From positions 2,896 to 66,895 of the forward strand of contig CASDPK010000011.1 of the NCBI GenBank assembly GCA_949282555.1: a DNA stretch of 64,000 nucleotides. The letters run 5' to 3'. Positions 61,041 through 64,000 of this stretch are shown here, piece by piece (position 1 is the stretch's first letter; each line of letters starts with the position of its first letter). The position numbers and the translations under genes were made by a program. The notes below the pieces were generated by a model, which searched no databases, was not told the origin of the DNA, and worked only from the letters and a program-made list of their open reading frames with translations. Source of the DNA: an uncultured Lentisphaeraceae bacterium. Lineage in GTDB: Bacteria > Verrucomicrobiota > Kiritimatiellia > RFP12 > DVOR01.

Positions 61041-61880
61041 ATGGAATATGAGGAAAAGTTGCTGGATTTGGTGCGGCGGACGTCGTGTGAGTTGCCGGCG
61101 GATGTGCTCGCCGCGTTGACGCACGCCCAGGCGGATGAGTCCGAACCCTCCCCGCGCGCCACGTTGGGGACGCTGTGCGAGAATTGCGCACTCGCGGCGG
61201 ATCAGTCCACCCCGCTTTGCCAGGACACCGGAACGCTGACCTTCTTTTGGCGCGTCCCCGCGGGGACGCCTCAGCGTCCGCTCATGATGGCGGCCAACGA
61301 GGCGGTGCGCACCGCGACGGCGCGGGGGTGGCTCCGCAGAAACACCGTCGATGCGCTGTCGGGCGCGTCCGTCGATGACAATGTGGCCGAGGGGATTCCC
61401 GTACACCATTTCGAGGAGGCCGAAGTCCCATCGCCGGAAGTGACGTTATTGATGAAGGGCGGCGGCAGTGAGAACATGAGCCGCCAGTATTCCCTGCCCG
61501 ACGCGCGTTTGGGCGCGGGGCGTGACCTTGCGGGGGTGCGGGCCTGCGTGCTGGATGCGGTGAACGCCATCCAGGGGCAAGGGTGCGCGCCGGGTATCCT
61601 TGGGATCTGCATTGGGGCGGATCGTGCGGAGGGCTATGCCGAAGCCAAGCGGCAGCTCCTTCGCCCGCTGGGGGACGTTTCTCCGGTGCCGGAGCTTGCG
61701 GCGCTGGAGCGGACGTTGCTGGAGGAGGCCAACAGCCTTGGGATTGGCCCCATGGGATTGGGCGGTCGGACAACGTTGCTTGGCGTGAAGATGACGGCGC
61801 GGACGCGGTTGCCGGCGTCGTTTTTTGTGACGGTGGCTTACTGTTGCTGGGCGTGTCGCCGCCAGACGGTAACGCTGTAG
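61041..61880 (+). CDS. Fe-S hydro-lyase alpha-subunit-like protein (tartrate/fumarate dehydratase family, TtdA/FumA N-terminal domain)
   Basis: Cys ligand pattern (CQDTGT ... GIC) and length match the alpha subunit. No beta subunit is adjacent. Confidence 0.5.
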   Translation: MEYEEKLLDLVRRTSCELPADVLAALTHAQADESEPSPRATLGTLCENCALAADQSTPLCQDTGTLTFFWRVPAGTPQRPLMMAANEAVRTATARGWLRRNTVDALSGASVDDNVAEGIPVHHFEEAEVPSPEVTLLMKGGGSENMSRQYSLPDARLGAGRDLAGVRACVLDAVNAIQGQGCAPGILGICIGADRAEGYAEAKRQLLRPLGDVSPVPELAALERTLLEEANSLGIGPMGLGGRTTLLGVKMTARTRLPASFFVTVAYCCWACRRQTVTL

Positions 61881-61896
61881 AGGAAGGGTAAGACTC

Positions 61897-63507
61897 GTGA
61901 GGACCATTGACTGCGATTATTTGGTGGTGGGTTCCGGCATCGCCGGGACGATGGCCGCGATGCGTCTGGCGGAACATGGCCGAGTGTTGCTCGTGACCAA
62001 ACGCGCACTCGACGAGGCCAACACCAACTACGCCCAGGGCGGCATTTCCTGCGTCATGGGAACGGATGATTCCTTTGATCTGCACGTGGCCGATACGCTG
62101 GATGCCGGCGCGGGGCTGTGCCACGAGGATGTGGTGCGGCGGATTGTTGAGGCAGGGCCGGCGTGTCTTCGCAAACTTATCGACTTTGGCGTGCCCTTCA
62201 CGAAGTCTGAGGGGTCTGCCTGTCCGGAAGGGTTTGACCTCACACGCGAGGGTGGGCACACCCGTCGGCGCATTTTGCACGCGGGGGACATCACCGGGCG
62301 TGAGGTGGAGCGGACGTTGGCGGCACGGGTGCGGGCCACGAAAGGCGTGCACGTCTGCGAGAACACGCTGCTTATCGACCTGGTGACGACCCGTTTCCTG
62401 CGGGAGGCCGGCGAGAATCGCGTGGTCGGAGCCTACTTGCTGAGCACCGAAACGGGTGAGATTTGGGCCGTGCGCACGGGTGCGGTGCTCTTGGCGACGG
62501 GTGGTTGCGGCAAGGTGTATCAATATACCTGCAATCCGGACATCGCCACCGGCGACGGAGTGGCCATCGCGTGGCGGGCAGGGGCAAAGATCCGCAACAT
62601 GGAGATGGTGCAGTTTCATCCCACGTGCCTTTACCACCCCAAGGCCAAGCGGTTTCTCATCAGCGAGGCTGTCCGCGGAGAGGGTGCCGAGTTGGTGACG
62701 CGCGATGGCGAACCCTTTATGGATCGTTATGATCCCCGTGGTTCGTTGGCTCCGCGCGACATCGTGGCGCGGGCGATCGATTCGGAGATGAAGAAGCGCG
62801 GCGACGCTTATTGTTGCTTGGATATTCGCCATAAAGGCGAGGCGTACTTGAAGGCCCGCTTCCCCGGCATCTATGCCAAGTGCCTCGAGTTTGGCATCGA
62901 TATGGCGCGGGACCTTATCCCGATCGTGCCGGCGGCCCATTATTGTTGCGGTGGCATTGCGGCCGATGTGGAGGGGCGCACCACGTTGCCGGGGCTTTAT
63001 GCCATTGGCGAATGTGCCTGTACCGGCTTGCATGGCGCGAATCGCCTGGCCAGCAACTCCTTGTTGGAAGCGCTTGTTTGCGGGTGCGCGTGTGCCGATG
63101 CGTTGTGCGCTGAGCCCGTGCCCTCCGTGGCCCATGTCACGGTGCCCGATTGGGTCTATGGCCACGCCGTGCCTACCGATGAGGCCGTGCTTGTGGCGCA
63201 CAACTGGCAGGAACTCCGCACGTGCATGTGGGACTACGTGGGCATCGTCCGCACCGATAAGCGTCTGCGTCGGGCCCTGCGCCGCGTGCGCAATCTCCGG
63301 GAGGAGATCAACGAGTATTACTTCGATTATCTCGTGAATGCCGATATCCTTGAGTTGCGCAATATTGCCGATGTGGCGGAGCTCATCATCTCTTCGGCCA
63401 TGGCGCGCCACGAGAGCCGCGGACTTCACTATACCCTCGACTATCCTGAACGGTTGAGGATCGCCCGTGACACTGACCTTGTCCGTGCGCCGGAGAAGGA
63501 ATGGTGA
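61897..63507 (+). CDS. nadB: L-aspartate oxidase
   Basis: FAD N-terminus DYLVVGSGIAG, YAQGGIS, the succinate-dehydrogenase/fumarate-reductase flavoprotein fold, and a C-terminal RHESRG. Confidence 0.9.
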   Translation: MRTIDCDYLVVGSGIAGTMAAMRLAEHGRVLLVTKRALDEANTNYAQGGISCVMGTDDSFDLHVADTLDAGAGLCHEDVVRRIVEAGPACLRKLIDFGVPFTKSEGSACPEGFDLTREGGHTRRRILHAGDITGREVERTLAARVRATKGVHVCENTLLIDLVTTRFLREAGENRVVGAYLLSTETGEIWAVRTGAVLLATGGCGKVYQYTCNPDIATGDGVAIAWRAGAKIRNMEMVQFHPTCLYHPKAKRFLISEAVRGEGAELVTRDGEPFMDRYDPRGSLAPRDIVARAIDSEMKKRGDAYCCLDIRHKGEAYLKARFPGIYAKCLEFGIDMARDLIPIVPAAHYCCGGIAADVEGRTTLPGLYAIGECACTGLHGANRLASNSLLEALVCGCACADALCAEPVPSVAHVTVPDWVYGHAVPTDEAVLVAHNWQELRTCMWDYVGIVRTDKRLRRALRRVRNLREEINEYYFDYLVNADILELRNIADVAELIISSAMARHESRGLHYTLDYPERLRIARDTDLVRAPEKEW

Positions 63508-63628
63508 GCCGCGCCTCCGCCCATCGTTTCGGGGACACGCAGAGCCCTCGCAGGGAAAACACTCCGCGTTTTGGGTGTTTGGCCGAGGTTGCTTCTTCTA
63601 AGGCTTGGGCCCTGGGGGGATTTCGCTC

Positions 63629-64000
63629 ATGAATGTTTGGATCAATAACCCATTCGACAATCTTCCCGGCGAAGGGCGCCGTCCGCAACGCTACTGTCTG
63701 CTTTGTCGGGCCCTCGCGAAAGCGGGGCATCGGGTGGTCTGGTGGAGCAGTGATTTCTCGCACCCGCTCAAGCGGCATCGCACGCTGGAACCGGTCTACG
63801 ACCTCCCTGAAGGATTTCAGGTACGGCTGATTCCCACGATGCCCTATTACGACAACATCGGGTTGCGGCGTGCATGGAGCCATCGCCGTTACGCCGCCGC
63901 GTGGAAGCGTTTGGCCGAGGCCGCTGTGGCGGCCGGCGAACTCCCGAAACCCGACCTCATCCTTACGTCTTGGCCTCCCATTGACACTGCCGCCGTGGCG
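63629..64000 (+). CDS. glycosyltransferase family 4 (N-terminal part, truncated by window end)
   Basis: MNVWINNPFDNLPGEGRRPQRY... resembles a GT4 N-terminal domain. The ORF runs off the end of the window. Confidence 0.5.
   Translation, partial: MNVWINNPFDNLPGEGRRPQRYCLLCRALAKAGHRVVWWSSDFSHPLKRHRTLEPVYDLPEGFQVRLIPTMPYYDNIGLRRAWSHRRYAAAWKRLAEAAVAAGELPKPDLILTSWPPIDTAAVA

Noticed and set aside
59093-61162. N-terminal 131-aa extension of the MurU-AmgK ORF
   Set aside because: The extension is an Arg/Ser-rich read-through into the intergenic motif region. The first NTP-transferase G-loop lies right after the internal Met at 60769.

Overview
This is a high-GC (about 60-65 %) chromosomal segment from a PVC-superphylum-like glycan degrader, judged from the CAZyme content and the EF-Tu sequence. 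The phylum-level guess is inference. The backbone is the conserved translation locus: tRNA-Thr x2, tuf, rpmG, tRNA-Trp, secE, nusG, rplK, rplA, rplJ, rplL. It is followed by housekeeping genes, several joined by 4-nt ATGA/GTGA start-stop overlaps: lpxL-like, gmk, coaC-like, mcsA/mcsB-like, lptF/G-family permease, prc, dxs, mutL, dhaKL plus an aldolase, waaA, pyrF, ribE, pgi, tsaC, nadB. A minus-strand host-glycan degradation cluster spans 44.4-58.9 kb. It holds a GH33 sialidase, a GH2 beta-galactosidase, a GH29-like enzyme, and a Gfo/Idh/MocA + xylose-isomerase-like TIM-barrel + DUF1080 triad typical of the oxidative 3-keto-glycoside pathway. Three low-GC islands look foreign or degraded (1-3810, ~12240-13925, ~38590-39865). 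Defence-type nucleases are scattered through the window: an Mrr-like enzyme, an HNH endonuclease and a membrane-anchored NERD protein. There are two tandem identical tRNA-Thr genes and two tandem identical tRNA-Asp genes. A short sequence motif recurs in several promoter regions. No CRISPR array, integrase or transposase was seen. All domain calls come from reading the translations by eye against remembered family signatures; no search was run.
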